Shown: positions 16,979-26,647, counted from the first letter of the stretch. The stretch: DNA of 64,000 nt from Nitrososphaeria archaeon (GCA_049976505.1 JBMFIC010000003.1:25304-89303); one strand, 5' to 3'. Notes: a model not told the origin generated them from the sequence alone. Numbers and translations are program-made.

Positions 16979-17867
16979 AAGCATCATAGTTTACTCCCCT
17001 AGGAGCCTTGCCGAAGCGCTGGACATACTTGCGCAGAGGAGAGAACAGATCAGGCCCATCGCAGGAGGAACAGACGTGATGGTGATGATAAAGGACGGCG
17101 TTCTAAAGGAGAAGGAGCTCCTTAACCTCTCATACGTTCCGGAGCTCAGCTACATTAAGGAAAACGATTCCAGCATACTTATAGGTGCGGCCACAAAGTA
17201 CAGGGAAATACGGAGATCTCCCATAATAAATGCCTATGCCCCAATATTAATTGAGGCGGTCAGACAGATAGGCTCTCCGCAGATTCAGAACCTTGGCACA
17301 ATAGGCGGAAACCTGGGGACAGCAAGCCCTGCAGGCGACAGCATACCACCGCTATACGTTCTTAACGCCACCGTCAAGCTACAGAAGGTTGGCGGAAGCA
17401 GAGAGATCCCCATCGACAAGTTCTTCCTAGGTCCCAGGAAGACAGTAAGGGAGCCCGATGAGCTGATAACTGAGATAAAAATCGAGAAGATGGAGCCCGG
17501 CACGTATTACTTTTTCCAGAAGCTTGGCCTGAGAAGCGCCAACGCGATATCAATAGTCAGCGCAGCAGGGTCGCTGCTGTTGCAGGAGAACACAATCAAG
17601 TACCTGCGGCTGGCTCTCGGAGCCGTTGCTCCGACCGTCATAAGGGCAAAGGAGGCGGAGGAGGCCGCCAAGGACCAGCCCCTTACGGAGCAGCTGATAG
17701 ATAGGATAGCTAGGCTTGCATCCGAGGCTACCAGGCCGATAACTGACATAAGGGGAACCGCTGAGTACAGAAGGAAGGCAACCTACGGCGTAGTTTACGA
17801 GGCGCTATATTACATAATGAAAGGAATGGGAAAGAAGGTAGAATATGGCGTTGAGAGTGGAAGTTGA
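16968..17867 (+). CDS. Xanthine-dehydrogenase-family enzyme, medium FAD-binding subunit
   Basis: 299 aa. ..IAGGTDVMV.., ..GTIGGNL.. are FAD-binding-5 motifs. Overlaps the small-subunit stop. Confidence 0.9.
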   Translation: MSYESIIVYSPRSLAEALDILAQRREQIRPIAGGTDVMVMIKDGVLKEKELLNLSYVPELSYIKENDSSILIGAATKYREIRRSPIINAYAPILIEAVRQIGSPQIQNLGTIGGNLGTASPAGDSIPPLYVLNATVKLQKVGGSREIPIDKFFLGPRKTVREPDELITEIKIEKMEPGTYYFFQKLGLRSANAISIVSAAGSLLLQENTIKYLRLALGAVAPTVIRAKEAEEAAKDQPLTEQLIDRIARLASEATRPITDIRGTAEYRRKATYGVVYEALYYIMKGMGKKVEYGVESGS

Positions 17868-18081
17868 ATTGGCGGGCCCCTACATATATCAGTACGGAGG
17901 AAGGCTGCATACAGTAGAAGTTGACGAAGGGGCCAAGGTAGAAGACGTCTTAAAAAAGCTCGGAATAACCGAGAGGATTTATATTGTGATTATAAAAAAC
18001 GGAAAGGCAGCTAAGCTGGACGACCCGCTTTCCGAAGGAGATAAGTTAATAGTGTTCCCACCGGTTGGTGGTGGCGCATGA
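17845..18081 (+). CDS. MoaD/ThiS-family beta-grasp (ubiquitin-like) small protein
   Basis: 78 aa. ..VEDVLKKLGI....SEGDKLIVFPPVGGGA*. This is the typical MoaD/ThiS C-terminal pattern (D-x-[IV]-x-[FI]-x-PPV-GG) but with 2 extra residues. Overlaps both flanking subunit genes. Confidence 0.65.
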   Translation: MALRVEVELAGPYIYQYGGRLHTVEVDEGAKVEDVLKKLGITERIYIVIIKNGKAAKLDDPLSEGDKLIVFPPVGGGA

Positions 18082-20321
18082 CCTCTACAGAATACGTGGT
18101 TTCCAGGTACGAGTCAATCAACAGGTCCATTCCAAGAATTGACTCCGAGGACAAGGTCAGGGGAACGCTGCTGTACGTTACTGATATAAGGCTTGAAAAC
18201 GCCCTCTATGCGTTTACCTTCAGGAGCAAAGTAGCGCACGGCAAGATAAACAGGATAGAGACAGATGATGCTGAAAAGGTGAACGGGGTAAAGGCGGTTT
18301 TAACATACAAGGACATTCCATCCCTGAACGGCTATGGGGCTATCGTCCCTGAAATTCCCGTGCTTGCTTACGATAAAGTCAGGTACTATGGAGAGCCCAT
18401 AGCCCTCGTGGCCGCTGAGACCGTTGAGGCCGGCCTAGAGGCGCTGAGCAGGATCAAGGTCGACATAACCCCGCTGCCCGTTATAAGGACCATAGAGGAG
18501 GCCCTGGACGATAACGCGCCAAAACTACATGAGAAGGGAAACATAGCAAGGCATACAATAGTAAAGAAGGGCAACACTGAAAAGGCAAGGGCGTCGGCCT
18601 ACGTTGTCCTTGAAAGGACATACGAGACGCCAATGCAGAAGCACATGTACCTTGAGCCCGAAGGAGGGGTTGCCTACATAGATGAGGACGGAATCCTGAA
18701 CGTCATAGCTGGCGGTCAGACCCCCTACAGGGATAAGCTTCAGATAGCAAGGGTTCTGGGAATACCCCCGGATAAGATAAGGGTGAAGAACTCGCCCACG
18801 GGAGGCGCCTTTGGAGGCAAGGACGACGTAACGGTGCAGATACACTTGGCCCTTCTTGCTTACAAGACAAAGAGGCCGGTCAGGCTCGCGTGGTCGAGGG
18901 AGGAAAGCGGCATAGCAGGGTTTCACAGAACCGCCTCAAAGATAAAGCTCAGGACAGCTGCCGCCAAGGACGGAACGCTTCTTTCAAACGAGGCAACCAT
19001 ATATCTTGACTCGGGGGCATACCAGAGCTTTGGTCCTACGATACTTGACGTTAGCATAGAAACGATAAACGGCCCCTACAGGGTTCCAAATTACTACATA
19101 GACGCTTACCTCGTATATACCAACAACGGTCTCGCTTCGGCCTTCAGGGGTTTTGGCGCTCCGGAGAGCAACTTTGCAATTGAGAGCATGATGAACGAGC
19201 TTGCGGACGAGCTTAAGATGGATCCAATAGATCTGAGGCTTAAAAACATACTGAGGACCGGCGAGACGGGACCGTTTAACAACATCATCAGGCACAGCGA
19301 AGGACTCGAGGAAGCTCTTAAGAGAGCGAAGGAGGTGTTCTACAGGCCAGATCCTTCTACACCATTTGCCAGAACCGGCGTTGGAGTGGCAGTGGCAATC
19401 AAGGGCGTTGGATATGGAACGCTCCCTGACTTCTCAACAGCTGCCATAGAGGTGGTGCCTGAGGGCAAGGTGAGGATAATGTTCAGCAACGTGGATTACG
19501 GTCAGGGAATAAACACAGGGAACGCTCAGCTTGTGGCGGAGAAGCTTCAGATCCCCGTATCCCAGATAGAGGTCTACCACTCTGATACTAAATATTCTCC
19601 GGACACCGGAGGCTCAAACGCCTCAAAGTCCACCTTCAACGCTGGCAACGCGCTTCTGGCCGCCTGTGAAAAGGCCCTCTCTGAGCTCAGGCTTGAGGCC
19701 GCGTCGTATTTCATGACCTCAAGCTCATCGGTCACTTACAGGGGAGGCAACTTTTACTACAAGGACAGGTCGATAAACATATATGAGCTCGCAAAGCGGC
19801 TGAGAAGCAGAGGCAAGAGCGTCTTCTTCGAGGCAACCTACGAGGTGCCCAGATATCCAGAGCCGGTTGAGGGAACGCTTGAAGTGCCTCACATGGTCTA
19901 CATATACGGAGTAATGGTCTCAAAGGTGGAAATAGACGAAATGTTAGGAAAGATTAAGCCGCTGGGGGTGGACTTCATAGCTGATATTGGAAACGTAATC
20001 AACCCTGCTATAGCCGCAGGACAGATAGAGGGCGGCGTGATACAGGGGCTTGGATATTCATTAACTGAGTACTACAGCTACGACAAGGATGGCAGGCCCC
20101 TGAACATAAACTACACGACCTACATAGTGCCGACGGCAAAGGACTCCCCGAGGATAAACGTCGAGTTCGTTAGAACGTATGAGGAGCTGGGCCCATTTGG
20201 CGCCAAAGGAGTAGGCGAAATAGGAATCATACCGGTTGGCGCGTCAATATCAGATGCCGTGGCAGACGCTATAGGCAAGAGACCCTACAGGCTTCCGATC
20301 CTGCCCTGGGATTTTATTTAA
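18078..20321 (+). CDS. Xanthine-dehydrogenase/aldehyde-oxidoreductase-family enzyme, large molybdopterin subunit
   Basis: 747 aa. GGAFGGK, SAFRGFGAPES (XDH/aldehyde-oxidase-type active-site loop, not the CODH VAYRCSFR loop), GAKGVGEIG. Confidence 0.9.
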   Translation: MTSTEYVVSRYESINRSIPRIDSEDKVRGTLLYVTDIRLENALYAFTFRSKVAHGKINRIETDDAEKVNGVKAVLTYKDIPSLNGYGAIVPEIPVLAYDKVRYYGEPIALVAAETVEAGLEALSRIKVDITPLPVIRTIEEALDDNAPKLHEKGNIARHTIVKKGNTEKARASAYVVLERTYETPMQKHMYLEPEGGVAYIDEDGILNVIAGGQTPYRDKLQIARVLGIPPDKIRVKNSPTGGAFGGKDDVTVQIHLALLAYKTKRPVRLAWSREESGIAGFHRTASKIKLRTAAAKDGTLLSNEATIYLDSGAYQSFGPTILDVSIETINGPYRVPNYYIDAYLVYTNNGLASAFRGFGAPESNFAIESMMNELADELKMDPIDLRLKNILRTGETGPFNNIIRHSEGLEEALKRAKEVFYRPDPSTPFARTGVGVAVAIKGVGYGTLPDFSTAAIEVVPEGKVRIMFSNVDYGQGINTGNAQLVAEKLQIPVSQIEVYHSDTKYSPDTGGSNASKSTFNAGNALLAACEKALSELRLEAASYFMTSSSSVTYRGGNFYYKDRSINIYELAKRLRSRGKSVFFEATYEVPRYPEPVEGTLEVPHMVYIYGVMVSKVEIDEMLGKIKPLGVDFIADIGNVINPAIAAGQIEGGVIQGLGYSLTEYYSYDKDGRPLNINYTTYIVPTAKDSPRINVEFVRTYEELGPFGAKGVGEIGIIPVGASISDAVADAIGKRPYRLPILPWDFI

Positions 20322-20522
20322 GCTCTTAATTTTTTCTAACGTCGTGCTTATTTGAGAACGTTGTAAAAGCTCCGTAATCCAGTTTAGAGAAATTAGATAA
20401 TTCTATTCATTTTATTTAAATTTTTGCAAAGAGAATGCTTATAAGCTCACTAATTTTATACATCTTGAGCCAAATTGACGAACTCTGCTTCTGCTCAAAA
20501 AGAAAAACAGACGCCATGGCAG

Positions 20523-21749
20523 ATGGCTCTTCAGCAGCTCGACAAGGTGGCAGCCGTTATAAACCTCGAGGACGATATAAAGGAAATTCTTTCGCATCCT
20601 CAGAGAGAAGTTCAGGTGTCTCTGCCGGTTCGCATGGATAACGGAAAGATAAAGGTCTTCATAGGCTACAGGGTTCAGCACAACAACGCCAGAGGCCCCT
20701 ACAAAGGAGGAATAAGGTACCATCCTAACGTATCGCTGGACGAGGTAAGGGCCCTTGCAATGTGGATGACCTGGAAGACGGCGGTCCTTGATCTGCCTCT
20801 CGGAGGCGCGAAGGGAGGCATAATCTGTGATCCAAAGAGCATGTCACAGGGCGAGATCGAGAGACTGACGAGAAGATACGCATATGCGATCTCGAGCATA
20901 ATCGGTCCCTACGAGGACGTCCCTGCACCAGATGTCTATACAGGGCCACAGCACATGGCCTGGATAATGGACACCTACAGCATACTCAACGGCCACCTGG
21001 AGCCAGGGGTGATAACTGGCAAGCCGGTCGAAGTAGGAGGAAGCCTCGGAAGAAACGAGTCAACGTCAAGGGGCGTGGCAATAGTAGTGGCTGAGGCAGC
21101 GAAGAAGCTTGGCATAAAGGTCAAGGGGGCCACCGTTGCGATCCAGGGGTTTGGCAACGTGGGATCTAACGCAGCGCTGATAATGGCAAAGGAGTACGGG
21201 ATGAACGTTGTCGCCGTAAGCGATTCAAAGGGCGGTATATACAACAGGAACGGCCTGAACGTGGACGAGGTCCTTAAGGAGAAGGAGAAGAGCGGAACGG
21301 TTACCACTTACAAGAACGCTGAGAAGATTTCAAACGACGATCTTCTTACCCTTGACGTCGACGTCCTCGTTCCAGCAGCGCTGGAGCAGGTGATAACTGA
21401 AAAGAACGCCGACAAGATAAAGGCAAAGATAATAGGGGAAGGAGCAAACGGCCCCACTACGCCCGAGGCCGATGAAATCCTGTACCAGAAGGGAGTTTTC
21501 GTCATCCCGGACATTCTGGCAAACAGCGGCGGAGTCACGGTGAGCTACTTTGAATGGGTCCAGAACCTTCAGAGGCTTCAGTGGTCCCTCGAGCAGGTGA
21601 ACAAGATGCTTGAGGAGAGAATGGTCAAGTCATTCAACGACGTCTACGACATCAGCAAGAAGTACAAGGTCGACATGAGGACCGCGGCGCTGGTGCTTGC
21701 GGTCTCAAGGGTGGCCGAGGCAATAAAGCTCAGGGGCATCTGGCCATAA
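20523..21749 (+). CDS. gdhA: Glutamate dehydrogenase
   Basis: KGGIRYHP, GGAKGG, GFGNVG motifs. In-frame ATG at 20523 preferred to TTG at 20475. Confidence 0.95.
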   Translation: MALQQLDKVAAVINLEDDIKEILSHPQREVQVSLPVRMDNGKIKVFIGYRVQHNNARGPYKGGIRYHPNVSLDEVRALAMWMTWKTAVLDLPLGGAKGGIICDPKSMSQGEIERLTRRYAYAISSIIGPYEDVPAPDVYTGPQHMAWIMDTYSILNGHLEPGVITGKPVEVGGSLGRNESTSRGVAIVVAEAAKKLGIKVKGATVAIQGFGNVGSNAALIMAKEYGMNVVAVSDSKGGIYNRNGLNVDEVLKEKEKSGTVTTYKNAEKISNDDLLTLDVDVLVPAALEQVITEKNADKIKAKIIGEGANGPTTPEADEILYQKGVFVIPDILANSGGVTVSYFEWVQNLQRLQWSLEQVNKMLEERMVKSFNDVYDISKKYKVDMRTAALVLAVSRVAEAIKLRGIWP

Positions 21750-21811
21750 ATTTTACAATTTTTAGTTTAAACGTTAAAAATATTTTTAAATGCCCATTCT
21801 GAAGTCAACTT

Positions 21812-23470
21812 ATGGTGCTTGTTGAGGAAAAGCAGATTGAGGCTCAGCAGCCGCGGGGCAGGCTTCTGAGGAAGACAAGAAGCATATGTCCCGAGTGCAA
21901 CAGGGTTATAGATGCTGAGATATTTGAAAGGGATGGAGTAGTTTACATAGGGAAGACGTGTCCAAGGCATGGTTACTTTGAGGACGTTTACTTTGGATCC
22001 TATGAGATGTATGAAAGGTTTTCAAAGTACGCCAGGGATGGAAGGGGTATAGAGAACCCTAGAACCGTTGTTCCCAACATAACCTGCCCTGCCAGCTGCG
22101 GCCTCTGCAGCAACCATCTGAGCCATACGGCGCTCGCTAACATAGTGCTTACAAACAGATGCGATCTGAACTGCTGGTACTGCTTCTTCTACGCAGAGAA
22201 GGCCGGGTACATCTATGAGCCAACCATAGATCAGATCAGAAGGATGGTGAGGAACCTTCTGAACGAAAAGCCCATACATGGAGTCGCTGTGCAGCTGACA
22301 GGTGGCGAGCCGACGCTGAGAGAGGATCTCATAGATATAATAAAGGCGATAAAGGAGGAAGGGGTAACCCACATTCAGCTTAACACTGACGGAATAAACC
22401 TCTCGAGGAAGCCAGAGCTCTGCAAACAGGTTAGAGAGGCAGGGGTGAACACGCTCTATGTAAGCTTCGATGGGGTCACGCCAGAGACGAACCCGAAGAA
22501 CTACTGGGAGATACCAGGCCTTCTGAACAACTGCAGGCAGGCAGGGCTTGGCATCGTGCTTGTCCCAACTGTAATAAAAGGGGTTAATGACCACGAAGTA
22601 GGAGACATGCTCAGGTTCGCTTTCTTTAACATGGACATCGTCAGGGGAATTAACTATCAGCCGGTATCCCTGACCGGCAGGGTTCCCAGACACGAAAGGG
22701 AAAGGTTCAGGATAACGATCCCCGAGGTGATCCAGAGGATAGAGGAGCAGACAAACGGAGAAGTCAAGCAGGAGGACTGGTTTCCAGTTCCTGCGGCGAT
22801 GCCGCTCTCAAGGTTTATAGAGGCATGGACGGGGGAGCCAAAGTACGAGCTTACGACGCACTTTGCCTGTGGAGCCGCCACATATATCTTCAACGACAAC
22901 GGAAGGATGGTCCCCATAACAAGATTCGTCGACGTTGACGGCCTTCTCAAGTTCTTTGAGGATAAGGCGGAGAAAATAGAGAGAGGGGAGAACAAGTACC
23001 TTGTGGGGCTTTCTGTAATGTTGAACCTTCACAGATTTATTGACAGGTCCAAGATGCCGTCAGGCCTGAACCTCACAAGGCTGCTCATAAACATAATACT
23101 GAAGCACGACTACAGCGCTCTGGGACAGCTGCAGATGAAGTCGCTCTTCGTTGGCATGATGCACTTCATGGATAAGTACAACCACGACGAGGAGAGGGTG
23201 AGGAGATGCGACATACACTACCTCACGCCGGACGACAGGATCATCCCCTTCTGCACCTTCAACGTGATCCCGGAGTGGTACAGGGACAGAATCCAGAAGA
23301 AGTATGGCATAAGCATTGAGGAGTGGGAAAAGAGAACGGGAAAGAAGCTGAAGAACGACTACTACGTAAGGCCCAGCTCTTATTATCACTATCCAAAGGA
23401 CGAGAACCTCTTCAAGAGGATGGGAATTAACTACACCCCGAGAAGCCTCCAGCTTGCTCAGAGCTCCTGA
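21812..23470 (+). CDS. Large radical-SAM protein (COG1964-type); possible tetraether-lipid (GDGT/MAS, Tes-like) synthase
   Basis: 552 aa. CDLNCWYCF (CxxxCxxC), N-terminal CPEC..CPRHG zinc-ribbon/rubredoxin-like motif, additional CPASCGLC cluster. Radical-SAM assignment is firm (~0.9). The Tes assignment is by remembered architecture only. Confidence 0.55.
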   Translation: MVLVEEKQIEAQQPRGRLLRKTRSICPECNRVIDAEIFERDGVVYIGKTCPRHGYFEDVYFGSYEMYERFSKYARDGRGIENPRTVVPNITCPASCGLCSNHLSHTALANIVLTNRCDLNCWYCFFYAEKAGYIYEPTIDQIRRMVRNLLNEKPIHGVAVQLTGGEPTLREDLIDIIKAIKEEGVTHIQLNTDGINLSRKPELCKQVREAGVNTLYVSFDGVTPETNPKNYWEIPGLLNNCRQAGLGIVLVPTVIKGVNDHEVGDMLRFAFFNMDIVRGINYQPVSLTGRVPRHERERFRITIPEVIQRIEEQTNGEVKQEDWFPVPAAMPLSRFIEAWTGEPKYELTTHFACGAATYIFNDNGRMVPITRFVDVDGLLKFFEDKAEKIERGENKYLVGLSVMLNLHRFIDRSKMPSGLNLTRLLINIILKHDYSALGQLQMKSLFVGMMHFMDKYNHDEERVRRCDIHYLTPDDRIIPFCTFNVIPEWYRDRIQKKYGISIEEWEKRTGKKLKNDYYVRPSSYYHYPKDENLFKRMGINYTPRSLQLAQSS

Positions 23471-23491
23471 TCGCGGCAATTTAGGGATAAC

Positions 23492-23502
23492 CTTTTTAAT
23501 AT
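23492..23502 (+). promoter_or_regulatory. Candidate TATA box for the rps6e / EF-2 unit
   Basis: CTTTTTAATAT centred ~31 nt before the ATG at 23528. Implies a very short leader. Confidence 0.3.
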
Positions 23503-23527
23503 CCTAGCATTAGGATTTTACCGGCAT

Positions 23528-23896
23528 ATGGGCGATTTACAGTTAGTGCTCTCGGACCCAAAGACAAGGACGGCCAAGAAGATTGAAATAAAGGGCAATC
23601 TCAGCTCAGTCCTGATAGGAAGGAAGATCGGGGAGATAATAGATGGAAGCGTTCTCGGCCTTGGCAACGTGAAGTTCAAGATAACTGGCGCAACGGACAG
23701 ATCCGGAATTCCGCACATACCTTACATCGAGGGCCCAGTGAAGAAGTACGTTCTTCTATCAGGGCCTCCGGGCTTTAGGCCAAGGAGAAAGGGGGAGAGG
23801 AAGAGAAAGCTCGTAAGGGGAAACACAATAGCCGACGACACATATCAGGTGAACGCGGTCATAGTTGAGGGTGAGCTGAAGGATGCCAAGGTTTAA
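23528..23896 (+). CDS. rps6e: 30S ribosomal protein S6e
   Basis: 122 aa. ..ITGATDRSGIPHIPYIEGP..RPRRKGERKRKLVRG.. is the S6e signature. Confidence 0.9.
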   Translation: MGDLQLVLSDPKTRTAKKIEIKGNLSSVLIGRKIGEIIDGSVLGLGNVKFKITGATDRSGIPHIPYIEGPVKKYVLLSGPPGFRPRRKGERKRKLVRGNTIADDTYQVNAVIVEGELKDAKV

Positions 23897-26075
23897 GACA
23901 ACGGCAGAAGCGCTCAAGGTAATCTCGAACAAGGAGCAGATCAGGAATTTTGGTATAATAGCTCACGTGGACCACGGGAAGACAACCACGTCGGACTCCC
24001 TCCTTGCAGCCGCTGGGATGCTTAGCCCATCGGTAGCAGGTCAGGCGTTGGCTCTCGACTATATGGAGCTGGAGCAGAAGAGGCAGATGACTATCAAGGC
24101 GGCCAACGTGACTCTGTACTATGAGCATGAGGGCAGGCCGTACGTTTTCAACATGATAGACACCCCGGGACACATAGACTTTACTGGCAAGGTAACCAGG
24201 TCCCTCAGGGCTCTCGATGGGGCAGTGGTAGTGGTTGACGCGGTTGAGGGCGTCATGACGCAGACTGAAACGGTGCTGAGACAGGCGCTGGACGAGAGGG
24301 TCAGGCCCGTTCTTTACATAAACAAGATTGACAGGCTGATAAAGGAGCTCAGGCTGACGCCCGATAAAATGCAGGCCTGGCTGTCGAACATCATAAACGA
24401 CGTCAACAGGCTTATAGACATATATGCCGAGCCGGAGTTCAAGAACGCTTTCAAGGTAAGCATAACCAACGACAGCGTGGCGTTTGGAAGCTCAAAGGAC
24501 AGGTGGGGCTTTACGCTCAGCATGGCAAAGGCCAAGAACATGGGATTCAAGGACGTCTACGAGGCCTACAGCACAGGAGATCTGGCTCATCTTATTGAGA
24601 GCTTCCCGCTGCACGAAGCTATTCTGTCCATGGTTATTAAGCACATTCCTCCGCCTCATCTGGCCCAGAAGTACAGGATACCCAAGATCTGGAAGGGCGA
24701 TCCCAACAGTGACATTTACAACTCGCTCATTGAGTGTGACGACAACGGGCCCACCGTTATGATGGTAACTAACGTGGTGGTGGATCCGCAGGCAGGCCCG
24801 GTGGCCGTTGGAAGGCTGTTCAGCGGCACCGTCAGGGACGGGGACCTGCTTTACCTGATAAACGCAAGAAGGCAGGAAAGGGTCCAGAGCGTCAGCATGT
24901 TCATGGGGCCCTTCAGAGAAATAGTTGGCTACCTGCCGGCTGGCAACGTGCCAGCACTGCTCGGGCTTCAGCACGCAACGGCCGGCGAGACGCTCTCAAG
25001 CGTTAAGGACATAGTCCCGTTTGAGAGCATCAAGTACGTAAGCGAGCCAGTTGTCACCATAGCAATAGAGCCAAAAAACCCAAGGGATCTGCCAAAGCTC
25101 ATAGAGATCCTGCAGAACATGCACATAGAGGATCCGAACCTTGTCGTTACTATAAACCAGGAAACGGGCGAGACCCTGCTCTCTGGCATGGGCGTGCTCC
25201 ATCTTGAAATAGCTACCACGCTCATTCAGGAGCAGGGAATAGAGATAATCACCAGCAAGCCCCTGATCAACTACAGGGAGACTATAATGGCCAAGGCTGG
25301 ACCCGTGATGGCAAAGAGCCCCAACAAGCACAACAAGGTGTTCATAAGGGTTGAGCCCCTGGACGAGGACACAATCAACCTGATAATTACAGGCCAGATC
25401 AACGAGAACATGGACAGGAAGCAGATAGCCAAGATACTGAGGGACCATGGCTGGGACGCCGAGGAGGCTAAGGGGGTGGTGGCCATTGATCCCAGAGGGA
25501 ACGTATTTGTGGATCAGACAAAGGGTGTACAGTTCCTGCAGGAAAGCATGGACAGCCTCAGGGCTGGCTTCGTTGATGCCATGACCAACGGCCCGCTTGC
25601 ATACGAATACGTGAGGGGGGTCAAGGTAATACTTCATCACTTCATACCTCACGAGGACCCGGCTCACAGGACCTATGCACAGCTCATGCCCGCTGCCAGA
25701 AGAGCCATCCTTGGTGCTATGCTTCTCGCCAAGCCAACGCTTCTTGAGCCCATACTCTCGATAGAGGTGAAGGGCGTCTCGGACATACTCGGCCCAGCAA
25801 TTGGCGTGATAACCAGCAAGCGCGGAAAGGTGGTTAACATGACCCAGAGGGATGTATTTGCGATAATACAGGGGGAGATCCCGGCGGCAGAAACCTTCGA
25901 CCTTGCTGAAGTGATGAGAGGAGCTACGGCAGGAAAGGCCGTGTGGACGACAAGCTTTAAGGGATGGGCTCCAGTGCCAGCCAACATGCTGCCACAGATC
26001 ATCGCTTCAATAAGAAAGAGAAAGGGACTTCCGCCGGAGGTTCCAAAGCCCGAGGAGTTCATCGACGAGGAGTAA
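23883..26075 (+). CDS. fusA: Translation elongation factor 2 (aEF-2)
   Basis: 730 aa. IIAHVDHGKTT, DTPGH, NKIDR GTPase motifs plus the full EF-2 domain set. The diphthamide-region residues ..HEDPAHR.. are present. Confidence 0.97.
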   Translation: MPRFKTTAEALKVISNKEQIRNFGIIAHVDHGKTTTSDSLLAAAGMLSPSVAGQALALDYMELEQKRQMTIKAANVTLYYEHEGRPYVFNMIDTPGHIDFTGKVTRSLRALDGAVVVVDAVEGVMTQTETVLRQALDERVRPVLYINKIDRLIKELRLTPDKMQAWLSNIINDVNRLIDIYAEPEFKNAFKVSITNDSVAFGSSKDRWGFTLSMAKAKNMGFKDVYEAYSTGDLAHLIESFPLHEAILSMVIKHIPPPHLAQKYRIPKIWKGDPNSDIYNSLIECDDNGPTVMMVTNVVVDPQAGPVAVGRLFSGTVRDGDLLYLINARRQERVQSVSMFMGPFREIVGYLPAGNVPALLGLQHATAGETLSSVKDIVPFESIKYVSEPVVTIAIEPKNPRDLPKLIEILQNMHIEDPNLVVTINQETGETLLSGMGVLHLEIATTLIQEQGIEIITSKPLINYRETIMAKAGPVMAKSPNKHNKVFIRVEPLDEDTINLIITGQINENMDRKQIAKILRDHGWDAEEAKGVVAIDPRGNVFVDQTKGVQFLQESMDSLRAGFVDAMTNGPLAYEYVRGVKVILHHFIPHEDPAHRTYAQLMPAARRAILGAMLLAKPTLLEPILSIEVKGVSDILGPAIGVITSKRGKVVNMTQRDVFAIIQGEIPAAETFDLAEVMRGATAGKAVWTTSFKGWAPVPANMLPQIIASIRKRKGLPPEVPKPEEFIDEE

Positions 26076-26077
26076 AG

Positions 26078-26647
26078 TTGAGCTATTATTACGGTATAAG
26101 GCCCGGAAAGAGAGAAGCGCTGAACCTTTTAATTGGAGCGATAATCGTCTGGATAGTCGGCATAACCTGGATATACTACTTCTCTCCTTCTGGGCTTATA
26201 ATCAACAGCATTCTTTTCATACTCGCGTTCATTTTGCACGAATACGCCCACAAGGTATCAGCCATAAGAAGCGGTCTCTATGCCGAGTTCAGGCTTCAGT
26301 GGATATGGGCCATCCTAACTCTGATAACCGCGTTTCTTCCGTTCAAGATCATAGCTCCGGGCGCAACCGTGGTTTACGGGTTCGCCGATGAGGAGACGAT
26401 GGGGAGGATCTCGGCCTGGGGTCCTATAACTAACATCATAATGGGCCTGATCGTCCTGCCGTTTTCCATGCTGTATGGGTTTCTGATAACGGCCGTCTAC
26501 TTTAACGCGTTCATAGCTCTCTTCAACCTCCTTCCCTTCGCTATACTTGATGGCAGGAAGATATTCAGGTGGAGCAGGAAAATCTGGGCGATCCTTTTCA
26601 CGATTTCAGCCGCTATGTATGCGATGGCCCTGTTAAGCGTGATCTGA
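26078..26647 (+). CDS. M50-family (site-2-protease-like) membrane metalloprotease, small form
   Basis: HEYAH (HExxH) in a TM helix and NLLPFAILDG (NxxPxxxLDG) motif. The only plausible start is TTG at 26078, just after the EF-2 stop. The ORF-track N-terminal extension overlaps EF-2. Confidence 0.7.
   Translation: MSYYYGIRPGKREALNLLIGAIIVWIVGITWIYYFSPSGLIINSILFILAFILHEYAHKVSAIRSGLYAEFRLQWIWAILTLITAFLPFKIIAPGATVVYGFADEETMGRISAWGPITNIIMGLIVLPFSMLYGFLITAVYFNAFIALFNLLPFAILDGRKIFRWSRKIWAILFTISAAMYAMALLSVI

Noticed and set aside
18078-20321. Annotating the three-subunit molybdoenzyme as aerobic carbon-monoxide dehydrogenase (CoxSML).
   Set aside because: The large subunit has the FRGFG-type loop of the XDH/aldehyde oxidoreductase family, not the CODH active-site loop. 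No coxDEFG-type accessory genes are present.
22022-22693. 223-aa ORF antisense to the radical-SAM gene. Similar long antisense ORFs occur at 24996..25667, 24492..24974, 61318..61893, 1651..2097 and 7278..7805.
   Set aside because: Each is fully embedded opposite a gene with strong family motifs. The translations are low-complexity or Arg/Ser/Pro-rich with no motifs. These are typical shadow ORFs of moderately GC-rich coding DNA.
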